From assembly GCA_963804165.1 (NCBI GenBank), contig CAWDPO010000033.1, positions 43,846 to 107,845 of the forward strand: a stretch of DNA of 64,000 nt, given 5' to 3'. This document shows, piece by piece, positions 20,988 through 30,925 of this stretch. A model generated the notes under the pieces. It was not told where the DNA came from, did no database searches, and saw only the letters and a program-made list of their open reading frames with translations. Position 1 is the first letter of the stretch; every line of letters begins with the position of its first letter. The DNA comes from an uncultured delta proteobacterium (GTDB taxonomy: Bacteria > Desulfobacterota > Binatia > UBA9968). Both the position numbers and the translations under genes were made by a program.

Positions 20988-21033
20988 CAGTGGTCAGTTA
21001 TCAGTTACCGGCTGACAACACGGGAGCGAACTA

Positions 21034-22017
21034 ATGGGCGGAAAAATCATAGTCTGGCTACTGACAACTGTCTTGCTGAACGCCGCTCTTTTCGCCGAGG
21101 CGCAGCAGCCAGCTAAGATCCCGCGGATCGGAATCCTAATTGGCAGTTCACCTTCCGCCAACGCAGCCCGCATCGAGGCATTCCGGCAGGGTCTGCGCGA
21201 GCTTGGATACGTGGAAGGAAAAAATATTTTCATTGAATTTCGGTCGGCGGAGGGAAAATTCGATCGGCTGCCCGACCTTGCAGCCGAACTGGTGCGTCTC
21301 AAGGTAGACGTCATAGTCACGACAGGTCCGATTATTAACCGTCCTGCCAAGGAAGCAACTTCTATGATTCCCATTGTCATGGGGTTTGATAATGACCCCG
21401 TTAGCAATGGGTTCGTCGCCAGCCTTGCACGGCCCGGCGGTAACATGACTGGATTGTCCACCCTCGCCCCGGAGATAACCGGAAAACAACTGGAGCTTCT
21501 GAAGGAGGTAGTCCCCAGACTTTCCCGCGTGGCTGTCTTCGGAAACTCGAAAGAACCGGCGACCGCGCAAATACTAAAGGAGATCGACCTCACCGCCGGA
21601 GCGTTGGAAATGAATTCTCAACACCTAGACGTGCTAAGTCCCAAGGATATCGAGACCGCATTCCGCGCTGCAAGAAAGGGACGTGCGGAGGCAGTTCTCG
21701 TCCTGGGAGCCTTTTTTTTCAATCCTCACCGTGCGCAGATTGCCGAACTCGCGGTGGGGAGCCGGCTTCCGGCCATATACAACGCGGTAGAATGGGTGGA
21801 AGCCGGAGGGCTCATGAGCTATGGCACCAGCTTCCCGGACTTGTTTCGGCGCGCCGCCACCTATGTAGATAAGATTTTAAAAGGCGCCAAGCCCGCCGAT
21901 CTCCCCGTGGAGCAGCCGAAGAAGTTCGAGTTGATCATCAATCTGAAAGCGGCAAAGCAGATCGGCCTGACGATTCCGCCGAACGTGCTGGCCCGGGCGG
22001 ATAGAGTGATCAAATGA
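21034..22017 (+). CDS. ABC_sub_bind (PF04392-like) substrate-binding protein
   Basis: AFRQGLRELGYVEGKNI, ASLARPGGNMTG, YVDKILKGAKPADLPVEQP and IPPNVLARADRVIK. Confidence 0.9.
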   Translation: MGGKIIVWLLTTVLLNAALFAEAQQPAKIPRIGILIGSSPSANAARIEAFRQGLRELGYVEGKNIFIEFRSAEGKFDRLPDLAAELVRLKVDVIVTTGPIINRPAKEATSMIPIVMGFDNDPVSNGFVASLARPGGNMTGLSTLAPEITGKQLELLKEVVPRLSRVAVFGNSKEPATAQILKEIDLTAGALEMNSQHLDVLSPKDIETAFRAARKGRAEAVLVLGAFFFNPHRAQIAELAVGSRLPAIYNAVEWVEAGGLMSYGTSFPDLFRRAATYVDKILKGAKPADLPVEQPKKFELIINLKAAKQIGLTIPPNVLARADRVIK

Positions 22018-23264
22018 TTTTTGATTGGAGAAGAGAGCGCACGCAGCGATATTCGCTTGACGATCTTAGGTTCAATGCTCGTTCTAATCGTCATTCCGGC
22101 CAAGCTGGCAATAGCTGGCGAGAGCCGGGATCCAGACGATTTCTCAGAACCTGGATTCCCGCGCGCGCGCAAATGACATTGCTGGCGTACGCGATTCTTC
22201 CACTGCTCCATGTGATTGCAATTGCCGCTGAGGTGCCCAAGTGGAAAGAAGAATGGACGCGGGTGGTGGATGGCGCCAAGAAAGAAGGGCAGCTGTCGCT
22301 TTACGGCGGACAAGAGATCACGCATCCAGATATCACGTCCGCCTTCAACAAAGAATTTCCGTTCATTAAGATTACCTCCGCGAGCGGACGTGCCGCGGAT
22401 ATGATGACGCGGATCGTCGCCGAGCGTCGCGCGGACAAATATCTCGCCGATCTGACTGCCAGTGGGCCCAATGGACCGCGCATGCTTTATTTGAACAAGA
22501 TGCTCGATCCGATCACGCCAGCCTTTATCCTTCCGGAGGTTACGGATACGTCGAAATGGTATGGCGGGAGACATTGGTACGCGGACCCGGAGAACAAATA
22601 TATCTTCATGTTCGAAGGCACGATCGTGACCACGGGCCTCTCTGTGAATACCAAGTTGTTGAATGCTGACGAGATCAAGTCCTATTGGGACTTGCTTCAG
22701 CCCAAATGGAAAGGAAAACTTCTCGGCCAAGACCCTCGCGGGGCGGCTTTGCTGACACCGGTGCTGATTCTCTATCATCGCGCCGGACTCGGTGTCGATT
22801 TCGTCCGGCGGCTTTACACGGAGACCGACATCACTCTGTTTCGCGATCGGCGCCAGGGAACCAATTGGCTGGCCACGGGCAAATTCCCGGTGTGTCACTT
22901 GTGCCGCGAGATCGACAAGGCGGCGCAGCAAGGTCTGCCGGTCGAAGATATTCCTCCTGAAAAATTGAAGGAGGGTGGAACCATCGGGGGCGGCGGCAGC
23001 AGCGTTTTGGCGCTGATCAATCGTGCGCCGCATCCGAACGCGGCGAAGGTTTTCATCAATTGGTACTTGTCGCGCCAAGGACAAATGGTTTGGCAGAACG
23101 TGATGAACAAGAAGGAAGTCGAAGCGTCGGATTCGATGCGCATCGATATTCCGAAGGATGACGTGTTGGCCGACGGCAAGCGAGTGGCGGGCCGGGAGTA
23201 TCAAGTGATCGGTTTTCTCGATCCCGAGCCGGTGCAGAAACTGTTGCAGGAGATTTTGAGGTAG
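22014..23264 (+). CDS. AfuA/FbpA-fold solute-binding protein, paralog 8 (CHLC); start 22014 or 22173
   Basis: WKEEWTRVVDGAKKEG, GQEITH (shared with paralog 2) and APHPNAAKVFINWYLS. Confidence 0.83.
   Translation: MIFDWRRERTQRYSLDDLRFNARSNRHSGQAGNSWREPGSRRFLRTWIPARAQMTLLAYAILPLLHVIAIAAEVPKWKEEWTRVVDGAKKEGQLSLYGGQEITHPDITSAFNKEFPFIKITSASGRAADMMTRIVAERRADKYLADLTASGPNGPRMLYLNKMLDPITPAFILPEVTDTSKWYGGRHWYADPENKYIFMFEGTIVTTGLSVNTKLLNADEIKSYWDLLQPKWKGKLLGQDPRGAALLTPVLILYHRAGLGVDFVRRLYTETDITLFRDRRQGTNWLATGKFPVCHLCREIDKAAQQGLPVEDIPPEKLKEGGTIGGGGSSVLALINRAPHPNAAKVFINWYLSRQGQMVWQNVMNKKEVEASDSMRIDIPKDDVLADGKRVAGREYQVIGFLDPEPVQKLLQEILR
22089..22178. repeat. REP family B doublet within the 5' end of SBP paralog 8
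   Basis: cgtcattccggccaagctggcaatagctggcgagagccgggatccag...ctggattcccgcgcgcgcgcaaatgaca. A near-copy lies at 28399-28473. Confidence 0.8.
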
Positions 23265-23276
23265 TCATTGGCGTTG

Positions 23277-23491
23277 ACCACGAAGCGCACGAAGGTCACG
23301 AAGTTAAAAAATTCGGATCGGAATTTTGCCGCAGAGACCGTATGCAAAGTCGGGATCGAGTACCGCGATGTTCGAAATCGATTTCCAGTTCCTTCCCCCA
23401 TCGATGGGGGAAGGTTAGGATAGGGGTGATCCGTTGATCACGACCGATGCGCTGCACCCCCACTCTAACTCTCCGCCGTCGAGGGGGAGAG
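23277..23491. repeat. Composite spacer: CACGAAG repeat plus REP family C doublet
   Basis: cacgaagcgcacgaaggtcacgaag; ccttcccccatcgatgggggaaggttaggataggggtga ... cacccccactctaactctccgccgtcgagggggagag. Confidence 0.7.
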
Positions 23492-23532
23492 AATAAGATT
23501 CTGGACGCGGAAATTCGCAGAAGGAGACTCAT

Positions 23533-24474
23533 ATGTCGGAACAAGAAACGATGGAGATTCGCGGTTTGTTCCGCTCTCACTCTCACCTGCCAATTTGGGA
23601 AGTGATGGAGAAAGCGGGGATCTGGGAACAAAACGGTCTCAAAGTCAGCTTTGAATTTTGCGATAGCTCGGAGGCGGCGGAGAAGGCGCTTTTCGGCGGC
23701 GATGTCGATTTCGTTTCCGGCAATCACATTTCGCCGTATCTTTTGGTCAAACGCGGCAAGCCGATTGTATGTCTCAGCTCGCCCTCGAATTCCGTAAACG
23801 ACCGGTTGGTGACGCGCTCGCCGGTGAAGCAAGTTTCGGAGCTGCGCGGCAAGCGGATCGGCGACACGACGCTCGTCGACTCCATCGGCGGTTATCATCA
23901 TCCGCGCGGCAATCACATGCTCTATGTAATGCGCGGCGGATTGAAATTAGACGAAGTAGAGTGGGTCGAACTGTCTGAATCGAACAACGAGTTCAAAGCG
24001 ATGCAAATGGACGCCCTCAAATCCGCCAAAGTCGATGCCATCTTCGTTACCGGTAACACGGACAAGTTCGAGCAAGCCGGATTACATGCGCTGGCGTTGG
24101 ATCGGCTGCCGATGATCAACGGTCCAACATTGACTTCAACATTGACCACACTGGAGAAGAAAGAAGGTTTGGCGGAACGGCTGGTTAAAGCGCAGTTAAT
24201 GGGTATTCATTTTGCGCGCACCCGCAGAGGAGAAACCGAACAAATTCTCGAAGGCCTGCGGCAGCGCGAACCGGAATGCAAAAGCGTCCAATACCGAAGC
24301 GTATCAAAGCTGTTGCCAAAACCTTATCCGGATCATGAAGCGGTGGCGAACGCCTACAGATTGTGCTGCTTGAAAAATCCCGAGACGGAAGAGCAAAGCC
24401 CGATGGCGTTGTGGGACTTGCATTATCTCAGGCGCTTGGACAACTCGGGATTTATCGACGATTTATATAAATAG
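23533..24474 (+). CDS. Signal-less NMT1/PBP2-fold protein with His motifs (possible cytoplasmic enzyme)
   Basis: ALFGGDVDFVSG, VSELRGKRIG and LDNSGFIDDLYK indicate the NMT1/SsuA fold. No hydrophobic N-terminus. Carries FRSHSHLP, GNHISPY and HHPRGNH. Confidence 0.72.
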   Translation: MSEQETMEIRGLFRSHSHLPIWEVMEKAGIWEQNGLKVSFEFCDSSEAAEKALFGGDVDFVSGNHISPYLLVKRGKPIVCLSSPSNSVNDRLVTRSPVKQVSELRGKRIGDTTLVDSIGGYHHPRGNHMLYVMRGGLKLDEVEWVELSESNNEFKAMQMDALKSAKVDAIFVTGNTDKFEQAGLHALALDRLPMINGPTLTSTLTTLEKKEGLAERLVKAQLMGIHFARTRRGETEQILEGLRQREPECKSVQYRSVSKLLPKPYPDHEAVANAYRLCCLKNPETEEQSPMALWDLHYLRRLDNSGFIDDLYK

Positions 24475-24611
24475 ATTCATTGTTTAACCATTAAGTATCG
24501 CGGCGCTAACATGTGGATTTTGGGTTGACTTCAATCTTCCTATGAGGAAATATCCAAATGCTTCGGGCGGGTCGATGTTGCTAAAGTGACGCGAGAACGT
24601 TGGGAGACTCG

Positions 24612-25745
24612 ATGATTGGCTTTTCAAAAACAGCGAAGCTCTGGTTCGCGCTGCTTACCGTTGCGAGCGTCTTGTCATTGGCAGCGACGGTTAACGCGGC
24701 ACAAGCCGAGTAGAGTAAAGAGTGGGAGCAGACACTTGCTGCAGCGAAAAAAGAAGGACAAGTCACCATCTACATTTACCGCTACGAAGGTCTGCTGCAC
24801 GATTTCAAGCGCGAATACCCCGGCATCAATGTCGTATGCGGTTACCGGCAGGGGTAACGACTTGACGACTCGCATCATGGCGGAGCGGCGCGCGGGGAAG
24901 TTCATCGCCGACGTTTATAGCGGCGGGACCAACAGTCTCTTCAACATCCTATATAAAGGTAAAGCGCTCGATCCGATCAAACCGCTTCTGCTGCTTCCCG
25001 AGGTGACGGATCTTCTAAGTGGTATGGCAACGAACATCGCTACGCCGACCCGGAAGGCAAATTTATCTTCGCCTTCATCGGTTCTGCGAGCAATGCGCAG
25101 CTGGCGTACCATACTAAGATGGTCGATCCGAAGGAATTTAAATCTTACTGGGACGTCACCAATCCGAAATGGAAAGGCAAAATCGTTTCCCTCGACCCGA
25201 GAGATACGGGACTGGGCGCGACGATGCAGTTTTATTATTATAGCCCGGAGATCGGTCCAGAGTATCATGAAGAAGTTTTTGGCGGCATGGATATTACCTA
25301 TGTCAAGAACTTCCAGCAGATGACGAACTGGCTGGCGCAGGGAAAATTCGCTATTTGCATGGGCTGCAAAGATTCCATGCGAGCAAAAAACCAGGGATTG
25401 CCGGTGGACGATTTCGACACCAATCGATGGAAAGAAGGCTCGAGTTTCTCCGCGGGCGGCGGATCCATGGGCTATATGAATCAGGCGCCGCACCCGAACG
25501 CGGCGAAAGTATTTATCAACTGGTTTTTATCGCGCAAAGGACAGATGGCCCTCCAAAGGCTGGGCGACGTGGACGACCCTGCCAACTCGCGGCGGATCGA
25601 TATTCCGAAGGATGATATACCGCCGGACAGTCGGTTGCAGTCGGGAATTAAATATTTCGACGTTGTCAAGCCGGAGTATGGCGACATGAAGCCAATTTTC
25701 GATCTAGCAAAAGAGATTATGGCCACGGCGGAGAAAGGGAAGTAA
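24612..25745 (+). pseudogene. AfuA/FbpA-fold solute-binding protein, paralog 9 (CMGC), disrupted
   Basis: In-frame TAG at 24711 where paralogs have Trp (E-*-S-K-E-W), plus indels near 24839, 25013 and 25265-25280. May be partly sequencing error. Confidence 0.7.
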
Positions 25746-25849
25746 AAGAGATTGCCGTTCATGTTCTAGGTTCAGGGTTCAAAGTTTGCCCGGAAAGTAG
25801 CTGAGCCTTGAGCCTTAAACTTTGAAAGCGGAACAGCGAGGGAGTTTAT

Positions 25850-27016
25850 ATGCTCACACGGGAAGAAAATGACATGCTCACCCAAGTCGGTCGTGGCAAA
25901 CCGGCCGGCGAAATGCTGCGGCGGTACTGGATGCCGGTTGCGTGCGCCGGCGAGCTCACCGACGAGAAGCCGATCAAGGCATTTCGGCTGCTGGGTGAAG
26001 ATCTCGTCGTCTATCGCGACAGGAGGGGGCGTTACGGAGTTGTCGGTGAACAGTGCCCGCATCGCAGCGCCTCGCTGGCGTTCGGCCGTGTCGACGAAGA
26101 AGGCATTCGCTGCCCGTATCATGGCTGGAAGTATGACTGCACCGGAAGATGCATTGAGCAACCCGCAGAGCCCGAAGCGGGTGGATTCAAAGACAAGATC
26201 AAGCATATTGCGTATCCGGTTGAAAAAATGGGCGGCTTGTTATGGGCGTATCTGGGACCGGAGCCGAGGCCGTTGTTGCCGCGCTGGGACGTATTGTGCT
26301 GGGAAAACGGCAAGCGCTGGATCGAAAAGCACGAAGTTTATAACTGCAACTGGCTCCAGCCGATGGAAAACTCGGTGGATCCATCGCATCTGTTCTGGCT
26401 GCATGGCGAGACGGCGCACCTGGTCGGCGTCGTCGATAAATATGAGGAAGAGCACAACTTCATCCCGTTCGAATATGGAATTCTAAAGCAGCGCCGAACC
26501 CCCGGCAGGAAGCCCGGCGAAGGTCCGCAACTCGATCAACATCCTTTACTCTTTCCAATCACCCTGCGCCACGTGTTTCGCACTTTGAAGACGGACGGGC
26601 TGCTGCGCCATAACGTGCAGATCCGCGTGCCGGTGGACGACGCACATACACAGGTCTTCGTCGTATTTTTCACGCCCACTGATACGGACCACTCACCGGC
26701 GGACGGCGACACGCCGTGGGAGTATTTTCCCATTAGGGATGACAAGGGCGAGTACCGGCTCGAGCATGTGCTCGTGCAAGACGCGATGGCGTGGGAAACC
26801 CAGGGAGCTCCCACGGATCGCACGCGGGAGCATCTCGGAGTTGGCGATGAAGGCATCATTCTACTGAGAAAACTCGTGCGCGAGCAGATCGAGATCGTCA
26901 GAAAAGGCGGCGAGCCGTTGGGCGTGGTGCGCGACCCCAGCAAGAATGGGCTGATTGAGTTCGACGTGATTAACGAGCGTGTGGGGCTATTCGGCAAGCA
27001 GCAGAAGGTGGCGTAG
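25850..27016 (+). CDS. Rieske oxygenase alpha subunit
   Basis: CPH...CPYH, ENSVDPSHLFWLH and QDAMAWETQG. Confidence 0.92.
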   Translation: MLTREENDMLTQVGRGKPAGEMLRRYWMPVACAGELTDEKPIKAFRLLGEDLVVYRDRRGRYGVVGEQCPHRSASLAFGRVDEEGIRCPYHGWKYDCTGRCIEQPAEPEAGGFKDKIKHIAYPVEKMGGLLWAYLGPEPRPLLPRWDVLCWENGKRWIEKHEVYNCNWLQPMENSVDPSHLFWLHGETAHLVGVVDKYEEEHNFIPFEYGILKQRRTPGRKPGEGPQLDQHPLLFPITLRHVFRTLKTDGLLRHNVQIRVPVDDAHTQVFVVFFTPTDTDHSPADGDTPWEYFPIRDDKGEYRLEHVLVQDAMAWETQGAPTDRTREHLGVGDEGIILLRKLVREQIEIVRKGGEPLGVVRDPSKNGLIEFDVINERVGLFGKQQKVA

Positions 27017-27064
27017 TCTCGAGAGAAAGACTGGAGATTTTCTTAGCTCCCATTGACTCGCTGT

Positions 27065-27157
27065 TGTCATTCTAAGGCCCTTCGCTGTGCTCAGCATAAA
27101 CTCCGCCGGAGAATCTGGACCGATAAGACGAGATCCTTCACTTTGTTCAGGATGACA
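27065..27157. repeat. REP family A doublet, left arm carrying an internal insertion
   Basis: tgtcattctaagg[cccttcgctgtgctcagcataaactcc]gccggagaatct ... gagatccttcactttgttcaggatgaca. Confidence 0.7.
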
Positions 27158-27232
27158 CCCGTAATAGGTCGCGGATTACAAGTAATTCCAGGCTATGTGA
27201 TGATCAGCTAGTATTTTCAGGAGGATTCCCCA

Positions 27233-28336
27233 ATGGCGGAAATGGTGGCACCGAGCGATCCGGGTCTGAAACCAGAGCGCATCGACACTTATAAAACTTG
27301 GCAGGCGGAGCAGAAAATTCCGGTTGTGCGCGGTTTTTTCGTCAGGGATGTGAACACGCTCGAGCTCGAACACTGGGATCTGAAGGGCGTGCCCTGTTCG
27401 ATGGTTGTGCTCGACGGCACCGGCGGCACCAATGATGCCTACGTGTGTGAAATTCCGGCCGGCGGCAAAACCAAGCCGCAGCGGCATATGTACGAAGAGA
27501 TGGTGTACATCACCAAAGGTTACGGCGCGACCAGTGTGTGGCAGCGCAACGGCAAGAAGCACACCTTCGAGTGGGGACCGGGAAGCATGTTCGCGATGCC
27601 GCTCAACGCCGACTATCAGCACTTCAACGCCAGCGGCAGCGAGACGGCGCGCTACTTTGCCGTGACCAACTGTTGCTTCGTGATGAATCTGTTTCACAAC
27701 CCGGACTACATTTTTAACAGCGACTACGCTTTTCTCGACCGCTTCGATCCGCACACCGAAGGTTATTTTAGTGGCCAGGGAGAATTGACGGGGCGGTTTT
27801 TCTTAACGACGAATTTCGTGTCCGACACCCATACCCTCAAACTCACCGACTACAGCGAGCGCGGCAAGGGCAGCACGAACATGAAATTCAACCTGGCCAA
27901 GAACACCATGGGGGCGCATATCTCCGAGTTCCCGGTGGGCACGTACAAGAAAGGACATAAGCACGGCCCCGGCGCGCATGTGATCATTCTTTCCGGCCAA
28001 GGTTATTCGGTTCTCTGGCCCGCGGGCGAAACGCCGCAACGGGTCGATTGGGGACCGGGCAGTGTGGTCGTACCGCCGGATCAATGGTTCCATCAACATT
28101 TCAATTCCGGTGCGGCGCCGGCACGCTACTTGGCGCTACGTTGGAACAACTGGCGCTACAAGTTCATGCGCTCGCAGGACGGCGAAGGAAGCACTTTCAC
28201 CAGCGTCAAACTCGGCGGCGGGCAGATCGAGTTCGAAGACGAAGATCCGCAGATCCACAAAGACTTCGAAGCGGCGATGAAAGCCGTAGGGGCGCGCTGC
28301 AACATGCCGTATCATCCAGGTTGCACGGTTGGTTGA
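27233..28336 (+). CDS. Bicupin protein (tandem copy 1)
   Basis: QRHMYEE...YQHFN and YKKGHKHGPG...WFHQHFN. Confidence 0.82.
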   Translation: MAEMVAPSDPGLKPERIDTYKTWQAEQKIPVVRGFFVRDVNTLELEHWDLKGVPCSMVVLDGTGGTNDAYVCEIPAGGKTKPQRHMYEEMVYITKGYGATSVWQRNGKKHTFEWGPGSMFAMPLNADYQHFNASGSETARYFAVTNCCFVMNLFHNPDYIFNSDYAFLDRFDPHTEGYFSGQGELTGRFFLTTNFVSDTHTLKLTDYSERGKGSTNMKFNLAKNTMGAHISEFPVGTYKKGHKHGPGAHVIILSGQGYSVLWPAGETPQRVDWGPGSVVVPPDQWFHQHFNSGAAPARYLALRWNNWRYKFMRSQDGEGSTFTSVKLGGGQIEFEDEDPQIHKDFEAAMKAVGARCNMPYHPGCTVG

Positions 28337-28398
28337 CGGGCAATGGTGTCCGTGAAATGAAACAAGAAGCGCGAATGTGGCCTCGCGATCGATTCGAT

Positions 28399-28473
28399 CG
28401 TCATTCCGGGCACGCTGGCTATAGCTGGCGTGACCCGGAATCCAGGCGATTCAGAATAACCTGGATTCCCGCC
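28399..28473. repeat. REP family B element
   Basis: cgtcattccgggcacgctggctatagctggcgtgacccggaatccagg...cctggattcccgcc. Confidence 0.75.
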
Positions 28474-28525
28474 TATAAGATAGTCGCTACGAATTTAAGA
28501 TTGATTCTCTAGGGAGGGCACACCA

Positions 28526-29629
28526 GTGACGGAAACTAGACAACAGCCTGCCGATCTTAAGCCGGAACGAATCGATAGTTACCGTGAATGGCAGGCGGCG
28601 CAGAAAATTCCTGTAGTCAAAGGGTTCTTCGTCGAGGATGTCAATAAAGTCGAGCTCGCGCCGTGGGATCTCAAGGGCGTGCCTTGCTCGTTCGTGGTTC
28701 TCGACGGCACCGGCGGCGTAAACGACGCCTACATCTGCGAGATTCCGCCGCAAGGCAAAACGAAACCTCAGAAACATCTCTATGAAGAGATGGTCTATGT
28801 GACCAAAGGCTACGGCGCCACTTCGGTTTGGCAGAAGGACGGGAAGAAGCATACGTTCGAGTGGGGACCGGGCAGCTTATTTGCGGTACCGATCAACGCG
28901 CACTACCAACATTTCAACGCGAGCGGCAGCGAGGCGGCGCGTTATTTCGCCGTGACTAACTCTTGCTTCATGATCAATCTATTTCACAATGTCGATTTCA
29001 TTTTTGACAACGATTATGCGTTTCTTGACCGCTTCGATCCGAGCACCGAAGGCTACTTCAGTGGTCAGGGCGAAGTCACCGGCCGCTTCTTCATGACGAC
29101 GAACTTCGTGCCGGACACCCACACCATTGGCCTGGCCGACTACAGTGAGCGCGGCAAGGGCAGCACGAATATGAAGTTCAATCTCGCCAAGCAAACCATG
29201 TGCGCGCACATCTCGGAGTTCCCCGTCGGTACTTACAAGAAAGGGCACAAGCATGGTCCCGGCGCGCACGTCATCATACTCAGCGGACAGGGTTATTCGA
29301 TTTTGTGGCCGGACGGGGAGCCGATGCAGCGTGTCGACTGGAAGCCCGGCAGCGTTGTCGTGCCGCCCGATCAGTGGTTCCACCAGCATCTGAATTCCGG
29401 CGCCAAGCCGGCGCGCTATCTAGCGCTACGCTGGGGCAGCTGGAAGTTCCGCTTCATGCGCATGCAGGACGGTGAAGGCGGCACCTACACCAGCGTGAAG
29501 CAAGGCGGCGGTCAGATCGAATTCGAAGATGAAGATCCGCAGATCCATAAAGACTTCGAGGCGGCGATGAAAGAAGTCGGCGCCGAATGCAATATGGGCT
29601 CGTATCATCCCGGCTGTACGTATAAGTAA
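28526..29629 (+). CDS. Bicupin protein (tandem copy 2)
   Basis: Collinear with and highly similar to 27233-28336. Confidence 0.82.
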   Translation: MTETRQQPADLKPERIDSYREWQAAQKIPVVKGFFVEDVNKVELAPWDLKGVPCSFVVLDGTGGVNDAYICEIPPQGKTKPQKHLYEEMVYVTKGYGATSVWQKDGKKHTFEWGPGSLFAVPINAHYQHFNASGSEAARYFAVTNSCFMINLFHNVDFIFDNDYAFLDRFDPSTEGYFSGQGEVTGRFFMTTNFVPDTHTIGLADYSERGKGSTNMKFNLAKQTMCAHISEFPVGTYKKGHKHGPGAHVIILSGQGYSILWPDGEPMQRVDWKPGSVVVPPDQWFHQHLNSGAKPARYLALRWGSWKFRFMRMQDGEGGTYTSVKQGGGQIEFEDEDPQIHKDFEAAMKEVGAECNMGSYHPGCTYK

Positions 29630-29690
29630 TTCTCGCTTCGCTAGGCGTCACCGGACGATCGTGGTGACCTTCGCTTCCATGCGGTGCTGA

Positions 29691-30800
29691 GTGAAACTGC
29701 GCGACCTGATCGGACTCTTGGTTGTCGTTCTAACTCTTGCTGGGGCCGCAAGCGGTCGGAGCGCGGAAACGACTTCCGGCTCGGAGCAAGAGTGGGAGCG
29801 CACCGTCAAGGCCGCCGAACAGGAAGGGCAGGTCGTCGTCTACAAAATCGCCCACGATGCGGAATGGCTTGCCTTTCAAAAAAGATTTCCCAAGATCAAA
29901 GTTGTTTTAATCCAAGGCAACGCGGCGCAGATCCAACAGCGGCTGCTCGCTGAACGCAGAGCGGGAAAATTTCTCGCCGACGTCGTGCGCCTCGGCGGCG
30001 GCACGTCGACGTCGCTTTACAAAGCGAAGGCGCTCGATCCCGTCGCACCCGCGTTGATGCTTTCCGAAGTCAAAGACGTTTCGAAATGGTTCGACGGCAA
30101 ACATCACTACAACGACATCGATAACCAGTATGTCTTTGTCTACGCGGCCTTCCCCTTGCACCTGCTCGGGTACAACCAAAAATCGGTGGACCCGAAAACA
30201 TTGACGAGCTATGGGGATCTCCTCGAGCCCAAGTGGAAAGGTAAGATCACTCTCAAAGACCCGAAAGAGCCCGGCGGCCAAAGCCCGTTGCTCTTTCTGT
30301 ATCACAACCCCCAGCTTGGCCCGGATTATCTTAAAAAACTATTCAGCCTGGCCGGACCCACGCTCGTGCGCGATGACCGGCAGCAAACCGACTGGCTCGC
30401 TGCCGGTAAATTCCCGCTGACGCTGACGTCCAAAGCGACCGAAGTCGAGGAGGCGAAGAATCAAGGTTTGCCGGTGGATGTCCTCGACGCTCATGCGTTC
30501 AAGAAGGACGGTGTCGGTCTTGAAGCCGGCGGTACGATGCTGGCCTTGATGAATAAGGCGCCGCATCCCAATGCAGCCAAGGTGCTGATCAACTGGTTTC
30601 TCTCCCGCGAGGGGCAAATGGCGGTTCAAAAAACCGGCGTCAACGAGCCGGGACAAAATTCGCTGCGCGAAGACATTCCCAAAGAGCAGTTGTCTGGTTC
30701 GTTGCAACGGCAGAAGGGCGTTAAGTACGTCCGTCTTTGGGGAACCGAGGTGTGGGACAGGGAATCGGTCACTAAGTTCGTCAATGAGCTGGTAAGGTGA
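29691..30800 (+). CDS. AfuA/FbpA-fold solute-binding protein, paralog 10
   Basis: EWERTVKAAEQEG, AERRAGKFLADV and APHPNAAKVLINWFLSREGQ. Confidence 0.85.
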   Translation: MKLRDLIGLLVVVLTLAGAASGRSAETTSGSEQEWERTVKAAEQEGQVVVYKIAHDAEWLAFQKRFPKIKVVLIQGNAAQIQQRLLAERRAGKFLADVVRLGGGTSTSLYKAKALDPVAPALMLSEVKDVSKWFDGKHHYNDIDNQYVFVYAAFPLHLLGYNQKSVDPKTLTSYGDLLEPKWKGKITLKDPKEPGGQSPLLFLYHNPQLGPDYLKKLFSLAGPTLVRDDRQQTDWLAAGKFPLTLTSKATEVEEAKNQGLPVDVLDAHAFKKDGVGLEAGGTMLALMNKAPHPNAAKVLINWFLSREGQMAVQKTGVNEPGQNSLREDIPKEQLSGSLQRQKGVKYVRLWGTEVWDRESVTKFVNELVR

Positions 30801-30925
30801 TCATGGCGACGATGCGACCGAGTCATAACCCCGTTCCGGCCTCGGTTCTTCACCTTCGCTCAGGACTGGTTAGGCTCAGCTCGAACGGAGGAGAATATGC
30901 GAACCGACAATAGAGGAGACATCTC

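Noticed and set aside
21861-23204. Long antisense ORFs (e.g. 447 aa here, 2740-3681, 4037-4888, 49780-50607)
   Set aside because: These are shadow frames of GC-rich genes on the opposite strand, with no family motifs.
24711-24713. Amber recoding (TAG read as an amino acid)
   Set aside because: It is a single case in a gene with several other lesions, and TAG ends many genes normally in this window.
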